A DNA stretch of 35,166 nt from a virus. Taxonomy: Duplodnaviria > Caudoviricetes. The notes below the pieces were generated by a model, which was given only the letters and a program-made list of their open reading frames with translations, had not been told where the DNA came from and did not search any database. Location of the stretch: positions 1 through 35,166 of IMG/VR virus record IMGVR_UViG_3300008255_000281. One strand, given 5' to 3'. Numbering within the stretch: position 1 is the first letter of the stretch; each line of letters opens with the position of its first letter. The position numbers and the translations under genes are program-made. This document shows, piece by piece, positions 16,672 through 26,262 of this stretch.

Positions 16672-18593
16672 AAGAAGAAGACAAAATTGCAAAATCGTTC
16701 GGACAATCTCCTGAAATTGAAGCTGAAAAGAATAGAATAATTCGCATAGTTCAAGCTGACAAACAGCGCCGTGATCAAGAGGTGACGTTTTTTCGCAATC
16801 AAAATCTAGCAACATACTCAGATGCTGCTCTGGGTCAATTTTTGGGTTACAGAAAGAAACCAGAATGGAAAAAAGACTATCAATACAATGTATTTGATCC
16901 AATTACGCGTGATAAGGTATACGCGATCATTTCAAAAACTGGTGGACTGTACGAGGCTGAATTTTTCAACACCAATAAAAAACTGGCAAAAATTTCTGAA
17001 ACTATCACGACAATACTTGGCGCATTTTATAAAGATTCAACAAGGATTCTTAATGAGAAAACAAAAAATAAGCTCACAATGCTCGCAGCACTCATCAGCC
17101 CGAAGGCAATCTGGTATGAGGGATGGAAATTTCAAAAACGAACAGTGCGCGATATTGAGGAGCGTGACGAAAACGGCAAGATAACAAAAACCAAAGAAAA
17201 GAAAATTGTTCATTACAACGGCCCATGGGGTGAACTTGTTCAGGTGGAGGATTTTATTCCTGGGTCGCTTAAAATAAGGGACATTCAAGAACAACCTAGA
17301 CTGTCATGGATTCCAAAAATGCAGATTGAAGAATTCCGCCGACTCTATCCGACGAGCAAGTACCCGGAAGCAGTTAAGGTGCAAAGTCATGGTGCTTTGT
17401 TTGAAGATGGTCTATCTGAGTTCACTGTCAGAAACGACCTGAAAGAAAATGAAGTTGAAGTCGTTATGTTTTTTGAAAAATGGGAAGACAGAATGTCTTT
17501 AGTTGTTAATGGTGTGATGCTTAATGGTGTCAATAGTCCAATGCCATTTGCCCACAAGGACTATCCGTTTGTGTGGGGAGGGTTTGAAGAATTGTCGCCG
17601 TTCTTTGTATACGACATGCCACTCACCATCAAATTGATGGACATGCAGGACGTAGACAATGAAGTTTTAAACCTCACTCTCGATATGGTATGGCGCGCGC
17701 TCAATGAGGTCATCCTCGTTCAAGAAGGCGATGGAATCAATGACGATGTATTGTATGGCGGTGGCATGGTGCCAGTTAACGATCCTAAAAACTTTCAAAA
17801 GCTTGAATTCGGTTCGTCGTTTGGATTCAACGCAGCTTCAAGCGTGCTAGATCGAGTGAAGAGAAGCATTGAATCATCTTCGCTTGATCAGCAATCATCC
17901 GGCCAAGGTCAAACAGGTATTACGGCTAGAGGTGCTCTTATCGCACGAGAAGCCGCACTGGAGATTGCCACATTATTCTTGCAGAACATGGAAAATATGG
18001 AGCGTGACAAGGCTAGATTGCGCGTTAAAAACCAACTAGACAGATACAAAATGCCGATTGATTGGCAAAAGCGAATTGGTGAAGAAATGACAGAAGAAGC
18101 GATTGCTACTTTCAAGGAGATAACTGTGCGTGATGCAAAATTAGATAATGGGAAACGTGGCACGGCGAATATAAAAATCACCGAAACACCCAGGCAGAAA
18201 GATGAGCTAAATAAAATAAATACCGAAAATAATAAAGAACTAAGCCAAACAATAGATATTTCGCCTGAACTAATCAGAGAGATTGATTTTGACGTGGAAA
18301 TTGTAGCTAATTCATCAATCAAGCGTTCAAAATCACAGCAAATCAATGAGGCTAGGGCATTCCTATCCGATGCTGCCGCTATGCCTGATGTTTTGAATAA
18401 GGATTATGCTGCTGAAGAATATGTAAAATCACTCGGTAAGAAAAAAGATGAAGCGTTGGTTAAAAAACAAACAGGAGGACAAAATCCTTTAGAGAAAATG
18501 GCAGGTGGAAGCAATAGACCGCAGGAAAATGCGTCTACAAAACCATTAGTCGCAGAGGATTCAATCGAGGAAATACTTAATCAGAGCCTATGA
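16668..18593 (+). CDS. Portal protein (P22-like)
   Basis: 641 aa after terL; PF.H..YPFV, Q...N....., TA.G motifs typical of podovirus portals. Confidence 0.8.
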   Translation: MKEEDKIAKSFGQSPEIEAEKNRIIRIVQADKQRRDQEVTFFRNQNLATYSDAALGQFLGYRKKPEWKKDYQYNVFDPITRDKVYAIISKTGGLYEAEFFNTNKKLAKISETITTILGAFYKDSTRILNEKTKNKLTMLAALISPKAIWYEGWKFQKRTVRDIEERDENGKITKTKEKKIVHYNGPWGELVQVEDFIPGSLKIRDIQEQPRLSWIPKMQIEEFRRLYPTSKYPEAVKVQSHGALFEDGLSEFTVRNDLKENEVEVVMFFEKWEDRMSLVVNGVMLNGVNSPMPFAHKDYPFVWGGFEELSPFFVYDMPLTIKLMDMQDVDNEVLNLTLDMVWRALNEVILVQEGDGINDDVLYGGGMVPVNDPKNFQKLEFGSSFGFNAASSVLDRVKRSIESSSLDQQSSGQGQTGITARGALIAREAALEIATLFLQNMENMERDKARLRVKNQLDRYKMPIDWQKRIGEEMTEEAIATFKEITVRDAKLDNGKRGTANIKITETPRQKDELNKINTENNKELSQTIDISPELIREIDFDVEIVANSSIKRSKSQQINEARAFLSDAAAMPDVLNKDYAAEEYVKSLGKKKDEALVKKQTGGQNPLEKMAGGSNRPQENASTKPLVAEDSIEEILNQSL

Positions 18594-18994
18594 TACGCAA
18601 CTTCCTAATCAATCTCATTTTTAAGTTACTTGGTAACAGCAATACGAAGACATACAAAATCCAGTACTTATTTGGGATAACTTCTGGATCGCACGAATCA
18701 CGCAAAAAACGCTGGGAGAAGGCTTTAATACGCCTTTGGAAAGACAAGGATATACTCGATTATCTATTTTACCAATCAGAATCTGATAAGGAGATCGTTT
18801 TCAAGGCGAAGACGTCTAAAGATTTGTCGAGGGGCGCTCGATTACGAACGCTTTTCATTGTCTATTCCGCTAGGCGTGCCTATGAGGAATCAAGGAAAAA
18901 TAAAAGGTCGAACGCAACTGAACGTGGTGAAGTGGATTCTGATATTAAAAATGTTCAGTCTATTTATAAGACACTTGTGAATATTGATGATTGA
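18590..18994 (+). CDS. Hypothetical protein
   Basis: Coupled to the portal gene (ATGA). Confidence 0.6.
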   Translation: MIRNFLINLIFKLLGNSNTKTYKIQYLFGITSGSHESRKKRWEKALIRLWKDKDILDYLFYQSESDKEIVFKAKTSKDLSRGARLRTLFIVYSARRAYEESRKNKRSNATERGEVDSDIKNVQSIYKTLVNIDD

Positions 18995-19015
18995 CCATTT
19001 ATTTTATGGTATAAT
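18991..19015 (+). promoter_or_regulatory. Head-operon promoter
   Basis: TTGACC 18991 and extended -10 TGGTATAAT 19007-19015. Confidence 0.55.
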
Positions 19016-19045
19016 ATATTCAATAAACAAGTAAAAAATAAAATT

Positions 19046-19342
19046 ATGTCGCGAGGAAATATAAAAGTCATGGTAGCAAGTAATGGGGTAACCCGTATCA
19101 TGGAGGACACTGGTGCAACTGTTAAGGTGTGGTCTGCAGAGGAGTGGGCGATTGAACTTAAAAGACGCTCAGAACTTCCTGTCGAAGAAAAAACAGATAC
19201 TCAAACTGTGAAAAAAACAAAAAAAGGCTTAATTGAAGATGATGTTGATGAATCAGACGGCTCAACAGACATGGCTGAAATGGAAACCAAAAAAGATACC
19301 AAACTTGGCAAAAATAACAAAACCAAGAAAGGTAAGAAGTAG
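19046..19342 (+). CDS. Hypothetical charged protein
   Basis: 98-aa ORF after the promoter; acidic/basic tail. Confidence 0.6.
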   Translation: MSRGNIKVMVASNGVTRIMEDTGATVKVWSAEEWAIELKRRSELPVEEKTDTQTVKKTKKGLIEDDVDESDGSTDMAEMETKKDTKLGKNNKTKKGKK

Positions 19343-19404
19343 TTAGTAGACATAGCGTGGGCTTCGTCAGCCCTTCGTTAAAAAATAATCGTTCGTTAAA
19401 GAAT

Positions 19405-20097
19405 ATGTCAGAAGAAGTAAAAGACGTAAATGGAGTCGTCATCCACGCTGATCCTAATAAGGTTGTCGAACCAAAAGGAGGTGAAGGCGATGATAAAGAA
19501 ACTAATCTAGCTGTTCTAAGAAAAAAACTCAAGCAAACCGAACAAGAGCGTGATGAGGCGATTAAAATAGCCTCATTGAAAGGTGAAAAAGAACGTTCTC
19601 TCGGTGCGGTAGACGAAGAAGAACCTGTTGTTGAAAAAAAGAAGGAAACACCAGATACTCTGAAAGTCATCTTCCAGCGTGATGCCAAAGAAGCGACTAG
19701 ACAATGGAACAAGAAAAATCCTGTTTCATCAGAAGAATGGGCACAAATCAAATCCAAAATTAAACTGTCAGGGGAAGAAACTGTAAGCGAGATCGTGGAT
19801 AAAATTGATGAAGTACACCAATCTTTGCCGTCAGTCAGGGCTAAGCGCGACAAAGAACTTATTGATAAGGGCCGAAAACAAGCTATGAGTCAATTTCAAG
19901 ACGAAGAATTAGATATTGGTGGCGGTGGGGATGTTGATCTTGGCGAGGGAAGTGAACCACGATTCAATTCAAGAGAAAAGAAATTTCTTGATCGATTCGG
20001 AGTTACTTCTGACGAAAGAAAAAACATCAACAAAGAAACTAATACGAATGAGCCGGTTGTTTTTACACAACCAACTCGAAAATTCTTCCAACCATAG
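19405..20097 (+). CDS. Capsid scaffolding protein
   Basis: Charged coiled coil upstream of the capsid genes. Confidence 0.65.
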   Translation: MSEEVKDVNGVVIHADPNKVVEPKGGEGDDKETNLAVLRKKLKQTEQERDEAIKIASLKGEKERSLGAVDEEEPVVEKKKETPDTLKVIFQRDAKEATRQWNKKNPVSSEEWAQIKSKIKLSGEETVSEIVDKIDEVHQSLPSVRAKRDKELIDKGRKQAMSQFQDEELDIGGGGDVDLGEGSEPRFNSREKKFLDRFGVTSDERKNINKETNTNEPVVFTQPTRKFFQP

Positions 20098-20115
20098 GAC
20101 AGTACAATATTAAAA

Positions 20116-20616
20116 ATGTCAAAAGGTGATGTTACGATTGTTGCAGGTGCAATTGGCGCGGTTCTTCCTTTCGTTACAGATGATTGGACAACCTCAAGCC
20201 AAACCGAAACAATCAAGCCTGGCGAACCAGTAACACAAGACAATAGCGACTATGTCGAGATTGTTGTTAATGGTGGCCCAGTGAACAGCACAGGTCTTTT
20301 TGTTGGTGTCGCTCATAACGAATCAACAGAAACATCTACTGCTGAAGGCGAAGTTGACGTTGAAATGGTAGTGCCATTTGTCACGATTCTTCGTGCAAAA
20401 GCAACAACTGTTGCAAACGTTACGGCAGCGAATTTGAAGGGATATAAACAAAACGCGGTTACATTTACTAATTCGTCAAATGTAATTACGATTAATGAAG
20501 ACGAGATAGATGACCCAAACGAGCATTCGCTCGTTATTGTCGGTGGGGACATCAGCAAAGGGACAATTGACGTATACGTCAAACCCCTCGCAACACTATT
20601 CGGAAATAATATCTAA
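20116..20616 (+). CDS. Capsid decoration/cement protein
   Basis: Beta-rich, I..GEPV and FVGVA motifs, between scaffold and capsid. Confidence 0.55.
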   Translation: MSKGDVTIVAGAIGAVLPFVTDDWTTSSQTETIKPGEPVTQDNSDYVEIVVNGGPVNSTGLFVGVAHNESTETSTAEGEVDVEMVVPFVTILRAKATTVANVTAANLKGYKQNAVTFTNSSNVITINEDEIDDPNEHSLVIVGGDISKGTIDVYVKPLATLFGNNI

Positions 20617-20624
20617 ATTGATAT

Positions 20625-21551
20625 ATGACAGGTTTAACATCAGGAATGAATGCCAATGTCACAAAGACAGCCTTGGACAAGGTATTTTTCCAAAAATTCA
20701 ATAAGATTCCAGGGCCACAGTTTGCTTTTGCTGGAGACGAAATGGTCTTTCAGCAAGATTCAACTGACCGATCATCTGTTATTATTGAAAATTTTAAAGG
20801 CGTTGGTCTATGGGAATCAACCCAAGAACAAGGAGAGTACAAAGGGGATACTCCACTTGTGACTGATCAGATCACATTTTCGGTTGCTCGTTTGACGAAG
20901 AAATTTCATATCACTGAAGAAATGCTTGAAGACGATCAGCATTCAGTGGTTAAAAACGCTATTCAGCAAATGGGTACGAAGGGCGTGATCACCCAAAATC
21001 AAAAGGCTATGGATTTATATCGCGGTGCGGCAACAACGACTCTGACATCAGATGGAGCCGCTTTGCTTTCCGCGTCACATTCAAACATTGCAGGTGATAC
21101 CATCGACAACACTATTTCTGGCGCAATCACAGCAGACACTGTTGAAGAAGGTATCAATTTGCTCGTAGAGCAGAAGGATCAATCAGGCGACATTGTCGGA
21201 CACGAAGCCAAAACGATTCTTGTTGCACCAGCAGCCTTCAAGGAAGCTACCGAGATTCTTGAATCAACTCTAGAGGCAAACACAACTGACAACCAAATGA
21301 ACGTCTACTCAGCTAAATACGGCATTGTTTTGCGACAATCACAGTATTTAGGTACAGCAGCTGGTGGTTCTCAGACAGCTTGGTTTATGATGGGTGAATA
21401 CCACAGCGTATTCCGCTGGGTACGCATTCCAGTGCAAACTAGGATGCTTTCAGGTGACTTCCAAGATAATGGCGATTCAGTATATCGAGGTCGCTACCGA
21501 GAAGTCTATGGAGCAATCAGCTACGAAGCACTTGTAGGTTTTGAGGGCTAA
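20625..21551 (+). CDS. Major capsid protein (HK97 fold, Mu gpT-like)
   Basis: ITEEMLEDD, DG..L.S..H, LVAP, AWF, R...G motifs; 308 aa. Confidence 0.85.
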   Translation: MTGLTSGMNANVTKTALDKVFFQKFNKIPGPQFAFAGDEMVFQQDSTDRSSVIIENFKGVGLWESTQEQGEYKGDTPLVTDQITFSVARLTKKFHITEEMLEDDQHSVVKNAIQQMGTKGVITQNQKAMDLYRGAATTTLTSDGAALLSASHSNIAGDTIDNTISGAITADTVEEGINLLVEQKDQSGDIVGHEAKTILVAPAAFKEATEILESTLEANTTDNQMNVYSAKYGIVLRQSQYLGTAAGGSQTAWFMMGEYHSVFRWVRIPVQTRMLSGDFQDNGDSVYRGRYREVYGAISYEALVGFEG

Positions 21552-21575
21552 TTATCACTTAATCACTAACCAAAA

Positions 21576-22154
21576 ATGAAAAACATTCATAATTGGATCA
21601 ATACAGGACTTATTGTCCTCGTTGCGATCTTGGTACTGGTTGGTGGTAATTCTCAATCAGTAACCTTAGGTGGTAGTACATCAGATGACTGGAATGTCGG
21701 TGGAAATCTATCAGTAACAGGCACTTCTTCCTTGACTGGAAACATGTCTGTTACTGGAGCTTCTGATGCCGGAACTCTTACCCAAGGAGGAGGCGTTACA
21801 GCCACTTCAACAGTTGGGGCAGTTGTTCCATTGTTAGCTTCTAATTTTGACATCGAGAACACCATTGACGTGACTCTCAATGTGTCAGATGCAACGCTTT
21901 CATTCCCGGCAACTTCCACTCTAGCTTCTATCATTCCTAATACAGGAGATTCAAGAACTCTCTTCATTAGGAATGCTACAACCACAGCCGCAATGGATCT
22001 TACAATTACTGGCGGAACAGGTGTTTTACTTAAAAAAGCAACCACAACGCCAATTATTTATGGAGATACTGACGGAGCGAATTACGCCAAAGTTGACTTG
22101 ATTCGCAAAGCCAATACGGATATTGAGGCACTTCTCACTATCTTTATGGACTAG
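21576..22154 (+). CDS. Putative virion protein with N-terminal membrane anchor
   Basis: Hydrophobic residues 8-22, then LGG and a beta-rich T/G body. Confidence 0.6.
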   Translation: MKNIHNWINTGLIVLVAILVLVGGNSQSVTLGGSTSDDWNVGGNLSVTGTSSLTGNMSVTGASDAGTLTQGGGVTATSTVGAVVPLLASNFDIENTIDVTLNVSDATLSFPATSTLASIIPNTGDSRTLFIRNATTTAAMDLTITGGTGVLLKKATTTPIIYGDTDGANYAKVDLIRKANTDIEALLTIFMD

Positions 22155-22159
22155 AGCTT

Positions 22160-22196
22160 GACTCACTTAGCCCTCTTTGGAGGGTTAAGATGAGTC
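22160..22196 (+). terminator. Strong hairpin after the capsid operon (terminator or processing/stability element)
   Basis: GACTCACTTAGCCCTC-TTTG-GAGGGTTAAG(A)TGAGTC, 16-bp stem, no clear U tract. Confidence 0.55.
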
Positions 22197-22232
22197 CGGC
22201 TTCACATTTATCAGATATAAAATCTTAGAGAA

Positions 22233-22673
22233 ATGAAAAATAATAAATTAAAAATAGCGATCCTTGTATTCTTTGGGATTATTATAGGGGTGGAAGCAAG
22301 CTTATTTCTGACAACAAAAAATAATCAAAATACATCACTTGGGGGCATCGCAGACTCAGGATGTACCGTTAGTTCAGTCGCGATGAAAACTGTAGGGCAC
22401 CAATTATCATCGACTATACTTTCTGCGGCAGGTAATCGGGCGTGGGCAATCATCCAACAGCCGATTAACGCCACCAATACAGTCAATGTCGTGCTTGACG
22501 AAGGCAACGCTGCTACAATCACATCAGGTATTCAACTATCTTCAGCAACGACTTCAAACTCAATGAGTTCGTTTGTCTTCGGACGAAATACAGATATGCC
22601 ATACATAGGGGCAGTTACTGGAATTACTAATATAGGGTCAACAACGGTCAACGTGATTGAATGCCTTTATTAG
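22233..22673 (+). CDS. Putative virion protein with N-terminal membrane anchor
   Basis: Hydrophobic N-terminus, LGG, jelly-roll-like body (NRAWAIIQ...YIGAVTGI). Confidence 0.6.
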   Translation: MKNNKLKIAILVFFGIIIGVEASLFLTTKNNQNTSLGGIADSGCTVSSVAMKTVGHQLSSTILSAAGNRAWAIIQQPINATNTVNVVLDEGNAATITSGIQLSSATTSNSMSSFVFGRNTDMPYIGAVTGITNIGSTTVNVIECLY

Positions 22674-22688
22674 TACTAGTAGATTGAC

Positions 22689-22919
22689 ATGAAAACACGG
22701 GCACAAATAACTATCGCGACATTGGCACTCATCGGAACGGTTATCTCATCAGGGATTGTTGCATGGGGATCATCATCGAGCGCCGCGAGCCGACAAGTGA
22801 ATGAGATTGATTCTAAGGTTAACGTTATTGAAGAGCGTGAAAATAATCATTACTCTGAACTTTCTAAAAAGGTCGACAAAATAGACGACAAACTAAATGT
22901 TTTAATTCAAAGAAAATGA
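22689..22919 (+). CDS. Small membrane protein with coiled coil (holin/hemolysin-like)
   Basis: One TM helix, then LSKKVDKIDDKLNVL. Confidence 0.55.
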   Translation: MKTRAQITIATLALIGTVISSGIVAWGSSSSAASRQVNEIDSKVNVIEERENNHYSELSKKVDKIDDKLNVLIQRK

Positions 22920-22920
22920 T

Positions 22921-24126
22921 ATGTCAGTACAACTAAGCGAACTTCTATCAGAAACAATAGAAGTAACCCGCAACTCAACGACCGGTAGTCTTGACAATAC
23001 AAAAAGGACAAGAGGTATAAACCGTGTTCTTGAGGATTTGCAAGATTTTGCAGATTGGGAATTCACAAAACGATCAAAGGAATTTGATTTTATTTCTGGC
23101 GTGACAGAGTATTCACTTTTGAATCATATTAGTGCTTCTTGTTTGGACAATGATGGTTCGACATCAATAACTGATTTTAAAAATCCATATAGTTTGATCT
23201 TAAAAAGTCGCTCAAACAAACCGTTTTCTTATGAAGAAGTGAAGACTGTGCGTGAGAACATAGGACGTGGCAGAACGGTGAATCAATACAGCGTTGATAA
23301 CGATTTGCTCGTAGTGAATTACCCAGAGCAATCATCAGCACAACTACATAACTGCGACTCTCTGACAGCAAATGGCACAGTAGCAGTGTCAGGTGATGCT
23401 TCAAACTTAACTATTGACACTGTTGAATACGATGAGGGTTCTGGCGCGCTTAATTTTGATGTGGTAGCAGGAACCTCGCTCGTTGTTACATTCACAGGCA
23501 TTTCAGCAAAAGACCTGACTACATTACAGAATAAAAGTTACCTTACGCTTAAAGCGTGGCTACCAACAATCACTAATTTTACAAGTATAAAGGCTCGTTG
23601 GGGTTCTTCGGCTTCTGACTATTGGGAAAAGACAGAAACGGTGCCGGCAGGTAGCAGAGAACTTAAGACTGGCAGAAACATCTTTGCGTTCAAATGGGGT
23701 AGCGCAACAGAAACTGGTACTCCTGACGTTACGGCAATAGATTATGTTCAGATCACGCTAACCTATTCTGGGGCGACAACTGACACAGATTTCAGAATTG
23801 ATGATATTCGTATTGCTGGTGCAGTTGAAATGGAACTTAACTACTATTCATTAGCAATGGTGAAGACCGCAGCGGGAACATACCAGCTTGAATTCAATCC
23901 TGACAGTGTCACAATGGATGATGAGCTTTTGGGTGGTAGCACGGCTCGCCGTTGCGTAGTCGAAGGAGTAAAACATGAATTATTTGACATGATTGGTGGT
24001 AAAAGTGAGCGCGATAGGACTGATAGTTTTACAAAATACAATCAGAAGAAAATCGACTTGCTCAAACGTGCTGGTCATAGAATCAGACGGCCAAGTCAAG
24101 TGCTTAACTTCCCCAGTGGGCGATAA
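22921..24126 (+). CDS. Head-tail adaptor/tail tubular A-like protein with inserted beta-sandwich domain
   Basis: Position; IN...DL...WEF N-terminus; central GSGAL...IDY...IDDIR carbohydrate-binding-like insert. Confidence 0.55.
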   Translation: MSVQLSELLSETIEVTRNSTTGSLDNTKRTRGINRVLEDLQDFADWEFTKRSKEFDFISGVTEYSLLNHISASCLDNDGSTSITDFKNPYSLILKSRSNKPFSYEEVKTVRENIGRGRTVNQYSVDNDLLVVNYPEQSSAQLHNCDSLTANGTVAVSGDASNLTIDTVEYDEGSGALNFDVVAGTSLVVTFTGISAKDLTTLQNKSYLTLKAWLPTITNFTSIKARWGSSASDYWEKTETVPAGSRELKTGRNIFAFKWGSATETGTPDVTAIDYVQITLTYSGATTDTDFRIDDIRIAGAVEMELNYYSLAMVKTAAGTYQLEFNPDSVTMDDELLGGSTARRCVVEGVKHELFDMIGGKSERDRTDSFTKYNQKKIDLLKRAGHRIRRPSQVLNFPSGR

Positions 24127-24147
24127 ATTATAATCTAAGAAAATAAG

Positions 24148-24447
24148 ATGAGAAAAATAAAATCAATCAAACAAGACAAAGATGAGATAGCAACCCTTGA
24201 ACCAACGCGAGAGATGTATCCGACATTTTATATCGGACTTGAACATTTGCCTGAGGCAAAAAAGTGGGAAATTGGAAAGACATACTATGTAACTCTTGAA
24301 TTGAAAGAAACTGGTATGTCAATGCACAAAAACGGAGAAGGTAAAGAGCATGGTGATGTTAATTTTGATATTACTGGGATTGAAGTTGAGAAAAATAAAA
24401 AGAGCGATTCTGATTATAAAGAATTACCCGATAAAGACGAAGAATAA
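24148..24447 (+). CDS. Hypothetical protein
   Basis: 99-aa ORF in the structural operon. Confidence 0.6.
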   Translation: MRKIKSIKQDKDEIATLEPTREMYPTFYIGLEHLPEAKKWEIGKTYYVTLELKETGMSMHKNGEGKEHGDVNFDITGIEVEKNKKSDSDYKELPDKDEE

Positions 24448-24452
24448 AAACT

Positions 24453-26249
24453 GTGGCAGTTCAAACAGAAAATTGGAATGTCATATTGTCATCATTTGAC
24501 GGCTTACAAACATCACGAAACAGTGATGATTTGCCTGATGGCAAGTCGCCTGATTTGCTTAATGTGCGTATTACCGGCTCGCATTTCAGAGGCTCCCTCG
24601 GGTATTCATTGATTGGATCTCGTAGTTCATCAGCCGGAAGCATCACAGCCCAATACACATACAAACGAAATGATGGAGAACAGAGAATGGTGCGCGTGAG
24701 AGATGATGACTCAACTGGCGTGTTGGAATGGTGGGACGCAACAAATGAAGAATGGTACACTCTCATTACAGGGCTAACTACAGGCCTTAAAATGGGGTTT
24801 ACTGAATTCAATACATCAGCAACAAACCAGATGGTGTTTTGCAATGGTGTGCAGAATATGAGCGTATGGACAGGATCCACCACACGACTCACTGCAAGTG
24901 TAACGGCTACAGATACAACCATAAACGTCTCCGACACAACTAACTTCCCTGCTTCGGGCACCATAATTTATAATGGTTCAGAGATTGCCTACACATCGAA
25001 AACTGGCACGACATTTGAAGTAGCTTCAGCTCACGCTTCATCTGGGGCCGATGATGGTGTGGCGGAAGCAGCCGATGATTCGACTTATTCAACAATAACT
25101 AAGGGAAATATACTACTCTCAGCTAAAGACAGACTATGGATTGCTGGACAGTTGGCAGCACCGAACGCGCTTGATTATTCTGATGAGGGTGCGGCATTTA
25201 TTTTTACTGGTGGAGCAAATAGAGCTGATTCAGGAACGGAGGACTTTTTTAATATCGGAGGAGCTATAACTGGACTTTCTGAAAAAGGCGACGAGATTAT
25301 CGTTATTGGCGAGGATGGTGCTGATGGATTCAGCTTCACTTATCCAACCTCGACAACCAAAGCACCCAACTTTAGAGAAATCTTCAGAGCTGTTGGCCGT
25401 GGCTGTGTATCTTTTAAGTCGGTATTCAAACTAAGTAACGAAGTATATTTTGCAACTAAAACAGGAATCGCGGCATTATCTGATCTTGAGGGAACAGAAA
25501 AGGTGTTTGACAAATCTATCACAAGAGACGTTTTGCCAACCCTAAAAGAATATGCATTCAATGACGCATCCTGCATTTATTTTGAAAAAGAGAGTATTTT
25601 GCTCATGTCATGCAAATCTGACGTTGATTTCCCCGGTAATGATACTGTCATTGGACTCGAGTTTTACAGAAACAGAGACGGTTCAGATACATTTGGCGTA
25701 ACAAAATTTGACTGGCCGGTCAATGAATTTTCAATCTTTGAAGATGTTTTATATTTCGGATCATCGCTTGAAATGAACTCGTTTAAGGGATTTGACACAT
25801 ATCAAAATGACGGCTCACCAAGGAATATACGATACGCGACAAAGCGTTTTAATCTGAAAGACCCATTTCAAAATAAAGAATCGCGCTTGATTGGTGTGAG
25901 AGGATTTATTAAAGACGGAACAGATATTGATGTCAGTGTGCTGTTTAACGCAGGATTTCTTGGCGAAATATCAAAAACAATAGAATCGACTGGAACATAC
26001 GTCTCTACAACGACACTCAATACTATTGGTGCTTTTGCTCTTGGGACAAATCCAATCGGAGCAACACTTTCTGAAGTGAGCGAACTCAAAGAATTCACTG
26101 TCTTTCTGGATGTCGGCGTTGATTATAATTGGCGTGACATACAAGTTATTTTTTCATCCGAAACAGATGGTGGAACATTTATTGTGAGTCACGTTGGATT
26201 TGCAATAGAAGAAGTTGGATTTGCGAGCGAAGATCAATTAACAATTTAA
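24453..26249 (+). CDS. Tail nozzle / DNA stabilisation protein (P22 gp10 or T7 gp12-like)
   Basis: F.GL....D.LP...SP...NV start, RLWIAG..., GC, beta-propeller-like composition. Confidence 0.65.
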   Translation: MAVQTENWNVILSSFDGLQTSRNSDDLPDGKSPDLLNVRITGSHFRGSLGYSLIGSRSSSAGSITAQYTYKRNDGEQRMVRVRDDDSTGVLEWWDATNEEWYTLITGLTTGLKMGFTEFNTSATNQMVFCNGVQNMSVWTGSTTRLTASVTATDTTINVSDTTNFPASGTIIYNGSEIAYTSKTGTTFEVASAHASSGADDGVAEAADDSTYSTITKGNILLSAKDRLWIAGQLAAPNALDYSDEGAAFIFTGGANRADSGTEDFFNIGGAITGLSEKGDEIIVIGEDGADGFSFTYPTSTTKAPNFREIFRAVGRGCVSFKSVFKLSNEVYFATKTGIAALSDLEGTEKVFDKSITRDVLPTLKEYAFNDASCIYFEKESILLMSCKSDVDFPGNDTVIGLEFYRNRDGSDTFGVTKFDWPVNEFSIFEDVLYFGSSLEMNSFKGFDTYQNDGSPRNIRYATKRFNLKDPFQNKESRLIGVRGFIKDGTDIDVSVLFNAGFLGEISKTIESTGTYVSTTTLNTIGAFALGTNPIGATLSEVSELKEFTVFLDVGVDYNWRDIQVIFSSETDGGTFIVSHVGFAIEEVGFASEDQLTI

Positions 26250-26262
26250 TTCGTGGTATAAT

